Shown here in pieces: positions 11,387-20,501 of a stretch of 64,000 nucleotides of DNA. The position numbers were made by a program, and so were the translations under genes. Positions within the stretch are counted from its first letter, which is position 1. Every line of letters begins with the position of its first letter. A model generated the notes under the pieces. That model saw nothing but the letters and a program-made list of their open reading frames with translations. It did no database searches and was not told the origin of the DNA. Source of the DNA: an uncultured virus (IMG/VR IMGVR_UViG_3300037846_000120) (taxonomy: Duplodnaviria > Heunggongvirae > Uroviricota > Caudoviricetes); the IMG/VR virus record IMGVR_UViG_3300037846_000120, one strand, 5' to 3'.

Positions 11387-11565
11387 GGCGACCCTCTCAA
11401 AAGGATGTATTCCGCGGCGTTGTCGACGCCGACAGTGACGATGGCCTGATTTGCGATCTCGTGACACGCCAGAACGGTCAGCGGGCCATGCACAGCGACC
11501 ACTGCGCGTACCACATCGCGCAGGTGAGCTAGGTATTCTTCCCGCGAGATTAGGCGCTTGCTCAT
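11383..11565 (-). CDS. hypothetical protein
   Basis: ATGA coupling on both sides. Confidence 0.5.
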   Translation of the reverse strand: MSKRLISREEYLAHLRDVVRAVVAVHGPLTVLACHEIANQAIVTVGVDNAAEYILLRGSP

Positions 11566-11768
11566 GACAAAACCTCGAAACCCCGCCGCCACGGGTTGCA
11601 GCAGCGGGGCCATCGAGTTGATCCGGTAATGACTTCGCGCGAAGGCGAGGCCTGAGTGATGCGCGTCTCCCTTATCGCGCTGTTGCAAACGAGCGCATTG
11701 CCGCGGCCAGCGCGTTTAACGGCGGCGGCGCCCATCCCTCGCGGGATCCTTGAAACGGTGCCCATCAT
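11562..11768 (-). CDS. hypothetical protein
   Basis: ATGA coupling on both sides. Confidence 0.4.
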   Translation of the reverse strand: MMGTVSRIPRGMGAAAVKRAGRGNALVCNSAIRETRITQASPSREVITGSTRWPRCCNPWRRGFEVLS

Positions 11769-12250
11769 GCCGGCACCTTCCAGTTCGGCTTGATGAGCCC
11801 GGTTGACCAAACAAAAGCCCAGCCTGCCGGTGTCAGGCCCATGTGACCGTTGCGCGAGTGCCAGACGAGCCCGAGGTACGTCCGATCAGGGCCGGCGCCT
11901 TCCGGGCCAACGCCTTCGTTCGGACGCTCAACAAGACGTCGGCTGATGACATACGCGCACCATCCGCGCCGCTTGCCGGCGGCCCAATCGACTTGACTGG
12001 CTTTGATGGAGCAACTCGGATGAAGCTCGATCCGCCGCGCCTCGGTGCGCGCGATCACTTTCATCGCCTCCCACTCGCGCTCGGTGAGGCGATAACTTTC
12101 GGCAAGATGGATTTGGCGGCCCTGTTCGGCGAGCGCGTGCGCCGCGGCGGCGTTCTCGACCTTCAGCCGGGCAGCAAGCTCCTTGCCACCGGTGCTCTTC
12201 TTGGACAGGCGATAAGCTACGAGCGCGCGAGCTTGATGAGCGAGGTTCAT
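11765..12250 (-). CDS. hypothetical protein (possible winged-helix C-terminus)
   Basis: LTEREW...LTPAG; operon context. Confidence 0.55.
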   Translation of the reverse strand: MNLAHQARALVAYRLSKKSTGGKELAARLKVENAAAAHALAEQGRQIHLAESYRLTEREWEAMKVIARTEARRIELHPSCSIKASQVDWAAGKRRGWCAYVISRRLVERPNEGVGPEGAGPDRTYLGLVWHSRNGHMGLTPAGWAFVWSTGLIKPNWKVPA

Positions 12251-12274
12251 GCGGCGTCTCCGCCGCAAGCGCGA

Positions 12275-12751
12275 TCAGCGCGGCTGCATTCTCTGCGGCG
12301 GATCAAGCCGCGGGCGCCGCCCGGCCCATTCGCTGATGAGCGCTTGACGCTGCCGGGATTTGACGTGAGGCAGGTAGTCCCGGAACAGGAGCTCAACGCC
12401 GATGTCGCAGAAGTGACTAAAGTCGGCGTCATCCATGAGCGGGAACGCCGTCGATTTGAGACGAACGGCCACTGTAGAGCCGGTCTCGCGGCGAACCGGA
12501 ATAATCTGCTCGATAAGCCCTGCCTTGAACTTGATCTCTTGGTGCATCGCGTCGGGATTGGCGTCGATCGCTTGAGCAACTTTACCGACGAGTCCGCGCC
12601 ACCAAGCATTGAGCCTTGACGTGCGGGTGAACATGGTTTGCACCTGCATCGGCTGATCGTAGCAGCGGATGGCGCGCAGGCGCTCCTCGTCGATCGATGT
12701 TGCCGGCAAGAGCGCGAGGCGGCTCCTTTGCCGGACCATGCACAGGTCCAT
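12275..12751 (-). CDS. DUF1367/NinB-like recombination-associated protein
   Basis: H..IK.KAG...KSTAF..MD...F motif. Confidence 0.7.
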   Translation of the reverse strand: MDLCMVRQRSRLALLPATSIDEERLRAIRCYDQPMQVQTMFTRTSRLNAWWRGLVGKVAQAIDANPDAMHQEIKFKAGLIEQIIPVRRETGSTVAVRLKSTAFPLMDDADFSHFCDIGVELLFRDYLPHVKSRQRQALISEWAGRRPRLDPPQRMQPR

Positions 12752-12799
12752 GCGGGGGATTTAGGCACTGATTTTTGTTTCCGCATGGTTAAAGCCCGG

Positions 12800-12970
12800 T
12801 CACCGGCGCCAGATGCGGCGCGAGGTAAGCGCGATCGGGCCGAGCGCGGCGCCGATGATGAGGCACGCAAGCCATTGGTGCGCCCAAAACGGCCGTCGCT
12901 CCGGCGGCAGCGAATGGTAGAACGCCGCAGCGCCGATCGCGCCCCACAGCAACCCCAACAGCGACGCCAT
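12800..12970 (-). CDS. small two-TM membrane protein (56 aa, below ORF-track cutoff)
   Basis: own translation MASLLGLLWGAIGAAAFY...WLACLIIGAALGPIALTSRRIWRR; fills the operon gap. Confidence 0.5.
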   Translation of the reverse strand: MASLLGLLWGAIGAAAFYHSLPPERRPFWAHQWLACLIIGAALGPIALTSRRIWRR

Positions 12971-12972
12971 GG

Positions 12973-13317
12973 CTAATGGCCCGCCAGTCCTTGAGGATCG
13001 GCCCAGCCGTCGTAGTAATTGCCGCCAGCGAACGCGATGGCGCGATCAAGCGCATTCGGGCCGCTGAAGATTGAGACCTCGCAGCCGCCGTCTTCGATGA
13101 CCGCCTCAACGCGGTAGCTTTGCGGCTCGTCCTTGTCCTGGATCAGAGTTGCCAGCGATTTTGCTTCGGGGCGGTCGATCCGCAGAACCCAATAACCGTC
13201 TTCCCGTTGAACCCACTCGCCAAACTTGATGCTGTGGCGGCGGTGGTCTTCTACTTCGACGAAGCGCCCCGCTTCTGGGCCGGGCGGTCCATCAAACACG
13301 ATGTCGATGTGTGACAT
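12973..13317 (-). CDS. hypothetical phage protein
   Basis: IDIVFDGPPGPEAGRFVEVED...GEWVQREDGYWVLRI; AGGA RBS. Confidence 0.75.
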   Translation of the reverse strand: MSHIDIVFDGPPGPEAGRFVEVEDHRRHSIKFGEWVQREDGYWVLRIDRPEAKSLATLIQDKDEPQSYRVEAVIEDGGCEVSIFSGPNALDRAIAFAGGNYYDGWADPQGLAGH

Positions 13318-13425
13318 GACTTCTGTTCCTGAGACTAACCCGCCGCTCGCTGACCCAGCGGGTGTTGTTGAGGGGGCATACTCCGCAGAAGCTAGGACGA
13401 CTGCGGTTCAGCGAGCCCGAGGGGA

Positions 13426-14844
13426 TTAGCCCGCCTCAAGAAGATTGAGGCCGCGCCCGCCGCTGCCGTTGCGGCTTGTCGGCGGCGGGCTCAGCGGAGG
13501 GTTTTCGGCGCCTTCGGGCGTCGCCTCCGTCAGCTTCGACAGGCTTGCACCGCTGCCGATGAGCGCCTGCCGTTTCAACAGCGCGGCATAGACCGCGCCG
13601 TTGCCGTCGAAATCGCCGTACTCGGCGCTGGTCTTGATCGCCCATTCCAGGCACGCGTCCATGGTGGCGAGCGTCGCGATCTCGGCAAGCAGCTTGTCCT
13701 TGAGCGATTGCGTCGGTTGCGTCGGTTGCGCCGAATGCTCGGGCAGCTCGTCGTTGATCTCCGTCGTTGCCGCCTGCGGCGAAAGCAACGCGGTATAGCG
13801 CGACGGCGTGCCTTTGAGCTTCTGATAGAGCGCGTCGTAGCGGGTGCGCAGATCGGTGAGGCTCATGTTGGTCACTTCCGTCCATGAGCGGGTGTCGAAG
13901 AATTCCAGGATCAGCCCGGCCTTGGCCTGCTTGTCCTCGGCCTTCGTGCTGGGATAATGCTCGACCAGCACGGCCTCGATTTCTTCAAGCACGATGGCGC
14001 GCTGCGTTCCGCTCCAGTCCTTCCTCTCGACGACGACGGCGTGTTCGCTGGTGCGCCGGGTGTCGACACCGAGCTGCTTGCCGCCGAGATTGAGAAGGTC
14101 GATGTGCGGCTTGAAGTTGGCGAAGGTCGGATCGACGAACACCTTGCCGTCGAGCAGCGTGGAGCGATCCTTCAACACGGTCGCCTCGCGCCACGTCGCG
14201 GCAACCGAACCGCTTTCGATTTTCTGATTGCGCTCCATGAGGACGAGCAGCGACGGCTCGTAGCCCATTTCGCCTTCGGCCTTCATCTTGACGCCGGTTT
14301 TTTCCAGTTCCTTCTTGCCTTCGTCGTTCTCGAAGTAGTCGTACTCGTAGCCGGCGCGACCGCACAGGATGATGTGCAGCGGCGAATTGATGAAGGCGTC
14401 GGTGAACTTGCCCCACTCGCCTTTGAGATAGCCCCAATCCTGGAATTGGAGGCGATAGGTCGCCGTCTTGAACTGTCGGGCCTTCTGCTTGCTGTAGCTG
14501 TCGCAAAGCTCTTTCCAGAAGTGGCTGACGCTGTCGATCAAGAGCAGCGAGCCGCCTTTCTGCGCCTCGTCGACGGCGGTGAGCAGATCAACGAACGCAC
14601 GCGTCTTGGCGACCATCAGCGGAATGCCGGCCTTGTCGAAATCGGGCTTGACCCAATCGCTGCCCGTTTCGGTGTCGATGAAGAACACCGGCCGTGACGC
14701 GTAGTCGACCTGGCGCGAGCGGGCGAATTGAACGAGCCCGATCGCCGTGATGCTGGCGGTCTTGGTCTTGCCGGAGCCGGCAAAGCCGAGCAGTCCCATT
14801 TTCAGAAAGGCCGATGTCGATTCGGCCGGGGTAAAAAGTGCCAT
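13426..14844 (-). CDS. AAA_24 / Sak4-like ATPase (single-strand annealing protein)
   Basis: GFAGSGKT Walker A, FIDTE, LIDSVSHFW, HIILCGR, GYE. Confidence 0.85.
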   Translation of the reverse strand: MALFTPAESTSAFLKMGLLGFAGSGKTKTASITAIGLVQFARSRQVDYASRPVFFIDTETGSDWVKPDFDKAGIPLMVAKTRAFVDLLTAVDEAQKGGSLLLIDSVSHFWKELCDSYSKQKARQFKTATYRLQFQDWGYLKGEWGKFTDAFINSPLHIILCGRAGYEYDYFENDEGKKELEKTGVKMKAEGEMGYEPSLLVLMERNQKIESGSVAATWREATVLKDRSTLLDGKVFVDPTFANFKPHIDLLNLGGKQLGVDTRRTSEHAVVVERKDWSGTQRAIVLEEIEAVLVEHYPSTKAEDKQAKAGLILEFFDTRSWTEVTNMSLTDLRTRYDALYQKLKGTPSRYTALLSPQAATTEINDELPEHSAQPTQPTQSLKDKLLAEIATLATMDACLEWAIKTSAEYGDFDGNGAVYAALLKRQALIGSGASLSKLTEATPEGAENPPLSPPPTSRNGSGGRGLNLLEAG

Positions 14845-14848
14845 AACG

Positions 14849-15145
14849 CTACTCCCTTCGTTCGCGCACGCGGGCTGCGGTCACGGTCTTGCGCGCGTGC
14901 GTCGCTAAGGCCGCGAGTTTTTCCAAGCGCGCTTCGAGCGCGGCGAGGTTGTCCTGGGATTGAGCAAGTCTGAGATCGGCGAGCGCCATCGTCACGTTGT
15001 CGACGGCGGTGCCGATCGCGCCGAGTTCGAGCGCTAGTCCTGGCAGAGTTGGTGTTTGTTGCTCGACGGGGGGGGCAGGCTCGGGCTGTAGCGCGGGCGG
15101 CCTGTCATCGAGCGGCAAACACATCGCTGCGTTGTGCCCACTCAT
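14849..15145 (-). CDS. hypothetical coiled-coil protein
   Basis: coupled operon. Confidence 0.5.
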   Translation of the reverse strand: MSGHNAAMCLPLDDRPPALQPEPAPPVEQQTPTLPGLALELGAIGTAVDNVTMALADLRLAQSQDNLAALEARLEKLAALATHARKTVTAARVRERRE

Positions 15146-15327
15146 GATGCCGCTCCGGTCGCTTCTTGCCGCTTAGCCGCCGATGCCAGCGGAATGATGC
15201 CGCGACCCCTGACGAAGACGTGGTGCTCGTCGTCGAGCCAATAACGAGCCCACGTGGGGGTTTCGATCCAGAGCGCCGCGAGAAGCGGGTCTGCCGGTAG
15301 CTTTTTAGGGCGCGGTGCGTCAGCCAT
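15142..15327 (-). CDS. hypothetical protein
   Basis: coupled operon. Confidence 0.5.
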   Translation of the reverse strand: MADAPRPKKLPADPLLAALWIETPTWARYWLDDEHHVFVRGRGIIPLASAAKRQEATGAAS

Positions 15328-15514
15328 GACCGATCACCACTGCGGCGATGATGATGACGGCCACGGTTGCCGCGCCGAGCAATAAAACGCGGCGGCGCAG
15401 TCGGCTGCGCCACGCCTGCTCGTAGCGTTGCCGCTCTTGCCGACGTCGGGAGAGCACCGCGTCGCGCTGCGCCGCGACTTCGGGATTTTTCGCAAGCCAT
15501 TCGTTGCGGTTCAT
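15320..15514 (-). CDS. small membrane protein
   Basis: C-terminal hydrophobic helix; ATGA coupling. Confidence 0.55.
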   Translation of the reverse strand: MNRNEWLAKNPEVAAQRDAVLSRRRQERQRYEQAWRSRLRRRVLLLGAATVAVIIIAAVVIGHG

Positions 15515-15729
15515 GACGCGCTCCGCGGCTTCGGCGGCCAGTTGCCGGCATCTTTGGCGCGCTGCTTTGCGGCATCGGCCATGTCGGCAAATTTTTCGGT
15601 GTAGCGGTCGTAAGCGCCGTCCGCTGTCGCCTCGTAGGCTTCGCCCCATTCGGCGTCGGGATGGTCGCTCAGATATTGCTCGACCAATTCCATGTGAGCG
15701 GCGATGAAAAGCTCTTTGCCGATGCCCAT
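15511..15729 (-). CDS. hypothetical phage protein
   Basis: MGIGKELFIAAHMELVEQYL...ADMADAAK. Confidence 0.65.
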   Translation of the reverse strand: MGIGKELFIAAHMELVEQYLSDHPDAEWGEAYEATADGAYDRYTEKFADMADAAKQRAKDAGNWPPKPRSAS

Positions 15730-15730
15730 G

Positions 15731-15952
15731 TCAGCACCCGTAAAGTTTGAGCACGTGCCCGATGGAAGGGCCGGGCGGGGAATTGGGCGAGCAGCGCGGC
15801 GCGTGCACGGCCATGTAGATCGCGCCGGCAGCGCAGAAGATTGCGCCGAGGAGAGCGAAAGCGAGCAGCGGCCAGCTTGCGCGCGGCGGGCGGGCGTCGA
15901 ACTCGCGCAGCGGTTCTTGCGCTCGCAGATAGACACGCTGGCGATAGGTCAT
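15731..15952 (-). CDS. small membrane protein
   Basis: single TM helix; ATGA coupling. Confidence 0.55.
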   Translation of the reverse strand: MTYRQRVYLRAQEPLREFDARPPRASWPLLAFALLGAIFCAAGAIYMAVHAPRCSPNSPPGPSIGHVLKLYGC

Positions 15953-16116
15953 GCCGCAGCTCCTTGTTGCTTCTGCTGCGCCCACCACGCATCGAGCGGG
16001 CAGTTCTTGTGGCAGCGGTTCGGAAGCTCGATCTCGTCGAGATCGACAGTGACCGCGCAGCGTGAGCACTTCGCGGCCTTGCCGTTGGGGGTGAGGGTGA
16101 TGGTGCGCTCGGGCAT
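15949..16116 (-). CDS. small Cys-rich protein
   Basis: CSRC...C...CPL. Confidence 0.5.
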   Translation of the reverse strand: MPERTITLTPNGKAAKCSRCAVTVDLDEIELPNRCHKNCPLDAWWAQQKQQGAAA

Positions 16117-16472
16117 TAGCCGCCATCCCCAATTGGCGGGAGCGGAAGTGGCTGCCAATGCGTCGCTGCGAACGGCTCCTGCGGCTCCAGTTCATTGACG
16201 CTGGTGTAGAAGCCTTCCTCGCCTGGATTGCCCCACCAATGCACCACGGTCGGCGGTCGCTGATTGAAGCCCCACTGCGGTCCGTAGGGAACGCGAGCGT
16301 CGCACGCGAGGAAGTGGGAGCCATCTTTCGGCGCCGTCGAAATATCGCGCCAGCGGCTCACCACGCCGTCCATCCTTTTGAGGATGGACAAAAGAGTGTC
16401 CTTGTATTTGTCTCGCTCGTACTCGGCGACGCCAAGGAGATAGCTGTGGGACGTTCGGTCGATGTTGTTCAT
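16116..16472 (-). CDS. DUF551-like protein
   Basis: WRDISTAPKDG...THWQPLPLPP. Confidence 0.8.
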   Translation of the reverse strand: MNNIDRTSHSYLLGVAEYERDKYKDTLLSILKRMDGVVSRWRDISTAPKDGSHFLACDARVPYGPQWGFNQRPPTVVHWWGNPGEEGFYTSVNELEPQEPFAATHWQPLPLPPIGDGG

Positions 16473-16759
16473 GATTTTTCTCCAACAACAGCGCGGCATT
16501 TTCCGGCGACGACAGACGGCGCCTCGACGCGAAGCTGCAACGCGCCGATCTTGTCGTTGGCCTCGGTGATGGCTTCCTGGTAAATCCGCGCCGCCTCGTA
16601 GGAGACCGGCCCGCGGAAGAACAATTCGATCTCGAAGGACTTGCCGTCCGCCGCCTCGAGCGTCAGGCGCAGCCAATCGAGCGTCGGATTAGGGACGCGC
16701 GTTGCGCGGACGGCGACGATGCTGTGTGCGGTGAGATCGAAGGGGGAGCCGCTGCTCAT
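16469..16759 (-). CDS. hypothetical protein
   Basis: ATGA coupling on both sides. Confidence 0.55.
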   Translation of the reverse strand: MSSGSPFDLTAHSIVAVRATRVPNPTLDWLRLTLEAADGKSFEIELFFRGPVSYEAARIYQEAITEANDKIGALQLRVEAPSVVAGKCRAVVGEKS

Positions 16760-16917
16760 GGCCGCCGCTCCAGCGTCTCGCAATAAGCGCACTCCAACAC
16801 GCCATCGGGATTGGTGTTGTCGGGATCGTTCCAGGCGCCGCAGTTTTCGCAGCACCAACGGCCGGGAGCCGGCCGCATAAAGCGGGACGGAGAGGAGCTT
16901 GGGTCGCCGTAGGGCAC
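16756..16917 (-). CDS. zinc-ribbon protein, first gene of the left operon
   Basis: GGAGG-N5-GTG start; WCCENCG...CAYC. Confidence 0.6.
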   Translation of the reverse strand: MPYGDPSSSPSRFMRPAPGRWCCENCGAWNDPDNTNPDGVLECAYCETLERRP

Positions 16918-16943
16918 GGTAGCCTCCGAATCAACGGAGATCA

Positions 16944-16996
16944 TGCTGCCATTTTGGCAGCAACCGAGTCAAGGTTAAATTTCCAGATTGGCAGCA
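16944..16996. promoter_or_regulatory. OL-type operator pair and PL-like -35 (CTTGAC on minus strand)
   Basis: TGCTGCC-ATTTT-GGCAGCA (16944-16962) and AATTTCC-AGATT-GGCAGCA (16978-16996) match the cI/cro intergenic palindromes. Confidence 0.75.
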
Positions 16997-17101
16997 GACC
17001 GGCGAGGCCGAGGGATTTAAGGTTGTGACTGCAAGGATTGGTTGCCGGCGGTCGTAGCTCAACCACCTAGCCGCGGCTGATGTTGCGCAAAGGCAACAAA
17101 C

Positions 17102-17180
17102 ATCACGCGTGACTCGGCGTGACGGCGCGCGTCACGCGTGACTCACGCTAATACCTATACACAGACAAATACACACAGCA
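17102..17180. repeat. iteron-like cluster of RTCACGCGTGAY palindromes followed by an A/C-rich tract
   Basis: two exact and two partial copies in about 45 bp; no ORF on the plus strand. Confidence 0.6.
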
Positions 17181-17272
17181 TCAACCTCGGCCTGAGAGTG
17201 GCGCCGCAAAAAACGGCTTGGCGATGAAGGCAAGGAAAGGTCAGCGACGCTGACGCAGTCACGCGTGACAGA

Positions 17273-17560
17273 TCAGCGGGCCTTGCTGCGTTTGAGCTTG
17301 GCGATTTCCACAGCCATCGCGCGGGGCAACCCGGCGGCGTTGCCCAGGAACAGATAATCCAAGCTGACGCCGGTGAGGCGGGCAACTTTGATGGCACTGT
17401 CGATGCCGAGCTTGTTGGCGCCGGTCTCGACGTTGTTCCATGCTGAGACTTTAAGGCCGGCAAGCCGGCTGATGGCGGACTGGCTCATCTCACGGCCGAA
17501 TCCATGGATGCGGCCGTAGGCGATACGAACGAGGCGCAATCGCTGAGCAACAAACCGCAC
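17273..17560 (-). CDS. XRE-family HTH regulator
   Basis: RLRLVR...SQSAISRLAGL...WNNVETG...GVSLDYLFLG. Confidence 0.85.
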   Translation of the reverse strand: MRFVAQRLRLVRIAYGRIHGFGREMSQSAISRLAGLKVSAWNNVETGANKLGIDSAIKVARLTGVSLDYLFLGNAAGLPRAMAVEIAKLKRSKAR

Positions 17561-17562
17561 CT

Positions 17563-17703
17563 TCAGCGCTCCATCTTACTCTCATGGAGATCGGCGCATT
17601 GGTCTTCGCTGCCGCAGCTCGGCGGCGGTCCGGCCAGCCAATGCAGGAACAGCACCAGCGCGACGACGGCGAGCAGGACGACAACTCCGCTATGCCGGTC
17701 CAT
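17563..17703 (-). CDS. small membrane protein in the immunity operon
   Basis: N-terminal hydrophobic helix; lies between the two HTH genes. Confidence 0.45.
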   Translation of the reverse strand: MDRHSGVVVLLAVVALVLFLHWLAGPPPSCGSEDQCADLHESKMER

Positions 17704-17714
17704 TGCGCAGGGCC

Positions 17715-18023
17715 TCAGTGGTGCCCAACAAGTCGACGAACGATGTCCGCGGCCGTTGCGCGCAAATCTTCCGGCGCGTCCGCAACGATCGCGTTCAAGT
17801 TCAGCTCGGAAGGAGCGTTCCATAATTCCTCGGGCCTTATGCCGAGGGCGCTCGCGATGTTGGCAATTTTCTCTGGATTGAGCCGATGCTGCTGGCTGTA
17901 CCACTTCCAGACCGTGGCCCGGCCGATGTCGAGGCGATTCGCCAGCTCATCATCGGAGACCTTCTTCGCCTCCATCCATTCCTTGATGTAGAGGTAAGCC
18001 TTGGGCGGATTTCGACTCAGCAT
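17715..18023 (-). CDS. CI-like XRE repressor (no peptidase domain)
   Basis: YIKEWMEAKKVSDDELANRLDIGRATVWKW...IASALGIRPEELW; divergent from cro. Confidence 0.8.
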   Translation of the reverse strand: MLSRNPPKAYLYIKEWMEAKKVSDDELANRLDIGRATVWKWYSQQHRLNPEKIANIASALGIRPEELWNAPSELNLNAIVADAPEDLRATAADIVRRLVGHH

Positions 18024-18031
18024 TTCAATAA

Positions 18032-18109
18032 CGTAGCCAGCTTGGCAGCCGAGGTCGTCTGCCAGTCTGGAAGTGGATCGCTTGACGGTCTGCTGCCGAT
18101 ATGGCAGCA
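18032..18109. promoter_or_regulatory. OR-type triple operator and PR-like -35 (CTTGAC at 18081)
   Basis: sites at 18032-18050, 18057-18075 and 18091-18109, consensus TGCTGCC-N5-GGCAGCA. Confidence 0.8.
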
Positions 18110-18118
18110 ATTGGGGCG

Positions 18119-18334
18119 ATGACTCGTTCAACCGCCTTGAAGGCTTATCGCGAAAACGCGGAGCTTTCGCAGACTGCGATGGCGCGCAAGCTTGGCGTGT
18201 CGCGCTCATATCTGCATCGCCTCGAAACCGGGCAGCGGCGACCTGGCCCCCGCCTTTTGCCAAAAATCCGTCGATTGACCGGACTGTCAGGCGAGGAATT
18301 GCGCTCCGATCTCATCGCGGCGCTCGGCACCTAA
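18119..18334 (+). CDS. Cro-like HTH protein
   Basis: LKAYRENAELSQTAMARKLGVSRSYLHRLETGQRRP. Confidence 0.85.
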   Translation: MTRSTALKAYRENAELSQTAMARKLGVSRSYLHRLETGQRRPGPRLLPKIRRLTGLSGEELRSDLIAALGT

Positions 18335-18474
18335 CCATCCGTCGAAGGCGGTGATGCTGCGGGTGCCGCACAGCGAGAGTCGAGTCGGGGCGGCGTCACT
18401 AAATCGGTAAATCGCCCCCTGTGGAAACCTGTGGATGGTTTTTGTTGCGTGCGTTCTTCGATCTCAGGAGCGTC

Positions 18475-19416
18475 ATGCAGCAAGAGCCCGCGGCCAAAAC
18501 CTACGGCTGGTTTGGATTATACGAGACCTTCCTCGGGCATCCGAAGTGGCGGCTTGTTGCGCAACGCTCCGGCGTTCCGGTCGTCGAGGTTACCAGCATC
18601 GTCATGGCAATCCTCACCTGTGCAGCGAAGAACCGGCAGCATGGCTGGGTCGGTAATTTCAAATACGAGGAATGCGCGCTCACGCTCGAAATCCCGGTCG
18701 AGCATGTGATGCTGGTCTATCGCGCGCTCGCGGCGCCGCCGGTCGGAATCGGCTGGATCGCCGATAGCTGCATCGTCAATTGGCAAAAGCGCCAGCCGAA
18801 CTTTGGCCGCAACGACAAGGTGCGCAAGCAAGAGGCCATCCGCCAGCAGAACAAGCGCGACCGCGACGACGCGAGAGAGCGCGTCTTACTCGGAGTGGCG
18901 ACCGACGAGGATCGCGAACTCATCGGCCTGGCGGAGAGTGAAATATTGGCGAAGCTCGCCGCGCACGCGTCACGCGTGACGGGAACGCCGCCTGCAGCCG
19001 AGCCGCAGATCGCGGCCATCGCGCCCTTCATCCCGGTGCAGCCGAAAGAGGACACGCACCCGGCGCGCACCACGGCTGCGATCGAGAACGAGCGCACGGC
19101 GCGCGCCTGGCTCCTCGGCGACGCCAACTCACCGCCGCCCGGCTACGGGCCGGCGACAATGATCGTCGCCGATAATTTCATCATCACGCGGCTCAATGCC
19201 GAACTCGCCATTCGCCATTGGCTGAACAATGAAATGGCCGGCGATGTCGTGTCGCTCGCCGTCATCATCAGCGCCGCGCAGCAGCAGGCGCTCAACGGCG
19301 ACGCCTTCCGCCGCGTGGTCGAAGGTCGCATCAGTGAGTACGTGCGTGAGCAGACGTCAGGCCCGACATTGCCGCTCGGCATTCCGCGCGGTGCGATCCA
19401 AGGAGGGAGGAACTGA
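18475..19416 (+). CDS. phage replication initiator / replisome organiser-like protein
   Basis: AGGAG RBS; WF.LY..FL.HPKW N-terminus, IVNWQKRQ plus basic helix; position after cro. Confidence 0.7.
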   Translation: MQQEPAAKTYGWFGLYETFLGHPKWRLVAQRSGVPVVEVTSIVMAILTCAAKNRQHGWVGNFKYEECALTLEIPVEHVMLVYRALAAPPVGIGWIADSCIVNWQKRQPNFGRNDKVRKQEAIRQQNKRDRDDARERVLLGVATDEDRELIGLAESEILAKLAAHASRVTGTPPAAEPQIAAIAPFIPVQPKEDTHPARTTAAIENERTARAWLLGDANSPPPGYGPATMIVADNFIITRLNAELAIRHWLNNEMAGDVVSLAVIISAAQQQALNGDAFRRVVEGRISEYVREQTSGPTLPLGIPRGAIQGGRN

Positions 19417-19862
19417 TGGAAATCGAATTTCAACCGCCGCCGGCAGAGGGCAGCGTGGATGCGCTGCGCTTGCGCTTCGAGGCGGCGACGATGCAGCTCG
19501 CCGCCGACTTCGGGCGCGTGCTCGACCACATCACCGCGCACCCGCGGTACAACGAGAAGGTCGAGCCGGCTAAACGGCTACTGGAACTGCTCGAAGCGGC
19601 GCACGCCCAGGCCTCCACCTATCTCGACGACGTCGAGAACGTCGACCGCGGCGTGCAGCACATCGTTGAAATCATGGAGGCTGCCGCCAACGCGACACAG
19701 ATCCTCGCGGACGAGCACCAGGTCAAGCCGGGCTCGATCGCCGATCCGGCGCCTGTACCGTCCGCTTTCAGCGCGCTGGACACAGCGAGGAAAATCCTAA
19801 GGACCGGGCCGGTGGAGGTGACCGTTGGAGAAAATCCCCTCGAAGATAGCCCCGAGGGCTAA
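19416..19862 (+). CDS. hypothetical protein
   Basis: GGAGG RBS; TGATG coupling. Confidence 0.65.
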   Translation: MEIEFQPPPAEGSVDALRLRFEAATMQLAADFGRVLDHITAHPRYNEKVEPAKRLLELLEAAHAQASTYLDDVENVDRGVQHIVEIMEAAANATQILADEHQVKPGSIADPAPVPSAFSALDTARKILRTGPVEVTVGENPLEDSPEG

Positions 19863-19962
19863 GGTGATTCCTCTAACTCACTGACTTCTATAACGTATTG
19901 AATCTCCGCTAGATTTTTGAGCGCATTTCGGCCAATCTCCCGCGACGCGGGAACCGATTTGG

Positions 19963-20178
19963 ATGGCGGGCCAGCCTACCGAAGTGGTGACGGAGATCGC
20001 TGGGGCAACCAAAATCCCGGTGCGGATCGACGCGTTCCTGCGCAACGTCATCCGGCGCGAGAGCCTCTATTTTGCCGCGGTCGAATTGCCGTTCGCGGCC
20101 GGCGGCGGCTACAAGGTGATCGAAGTGGCGCTCAACCTGGTGCGCGACGAGCACGGCAACAGGATCACGGCCGACTGA
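19963..20178 (+). CDS. hypothetical protein
   Basis: GC3-rich ORF with globular composition. Confidence 0.5.
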   Translation: MAGQPTEVVTEIAGATKIPVRIDAFLRNVIRRESLYFAAVELPFAAGGGYKVIEVALNLVRDEHGNRITAD

Positions 20179-20335
20179 CCGCGGCAGCCGGTTGAGCCTC
20201 CGACGTCGACATATCCTGCAATGTGCGAGCGAGATCGAGGAGCGCGAGCTTGTCTTTCTCGCTCAACGATCCACCCGCAAGCTGGGCGGCATCCTCGGCA
20301 TATTGCCGGTATCGGGCAGCGCGCGCTGCATCCAT
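20165..20335 (-). CDS. small helical protein (YRxxAxxAxxxA...LLxLA type)
   Basis: GAGGAG RBS; MDAARAARYRQYAEDAAQLA. Confidence 0.5.
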   Translation of the reverse strand: MDAARAARYRQYAEDAAQLAGGSLSEKDKLALLDLARTLQDMSTSEAQPAAAVSRP

Positions 20336-20501
20336 TTTGGCGATCTCCTCTAGTGGGAGACGCCTCCCTGTCGCGGCCTGCATAGACCGGCGCGCGAGGG
20401 CAAACTGTTCAAAATGACTCACATTTGGGGCGATTAACGCAACCCTAAAGCTTTCCAGCCACGCTGGATGCCTAGCGCTCAAATCCCAGGGGACAAATCC
20501 G

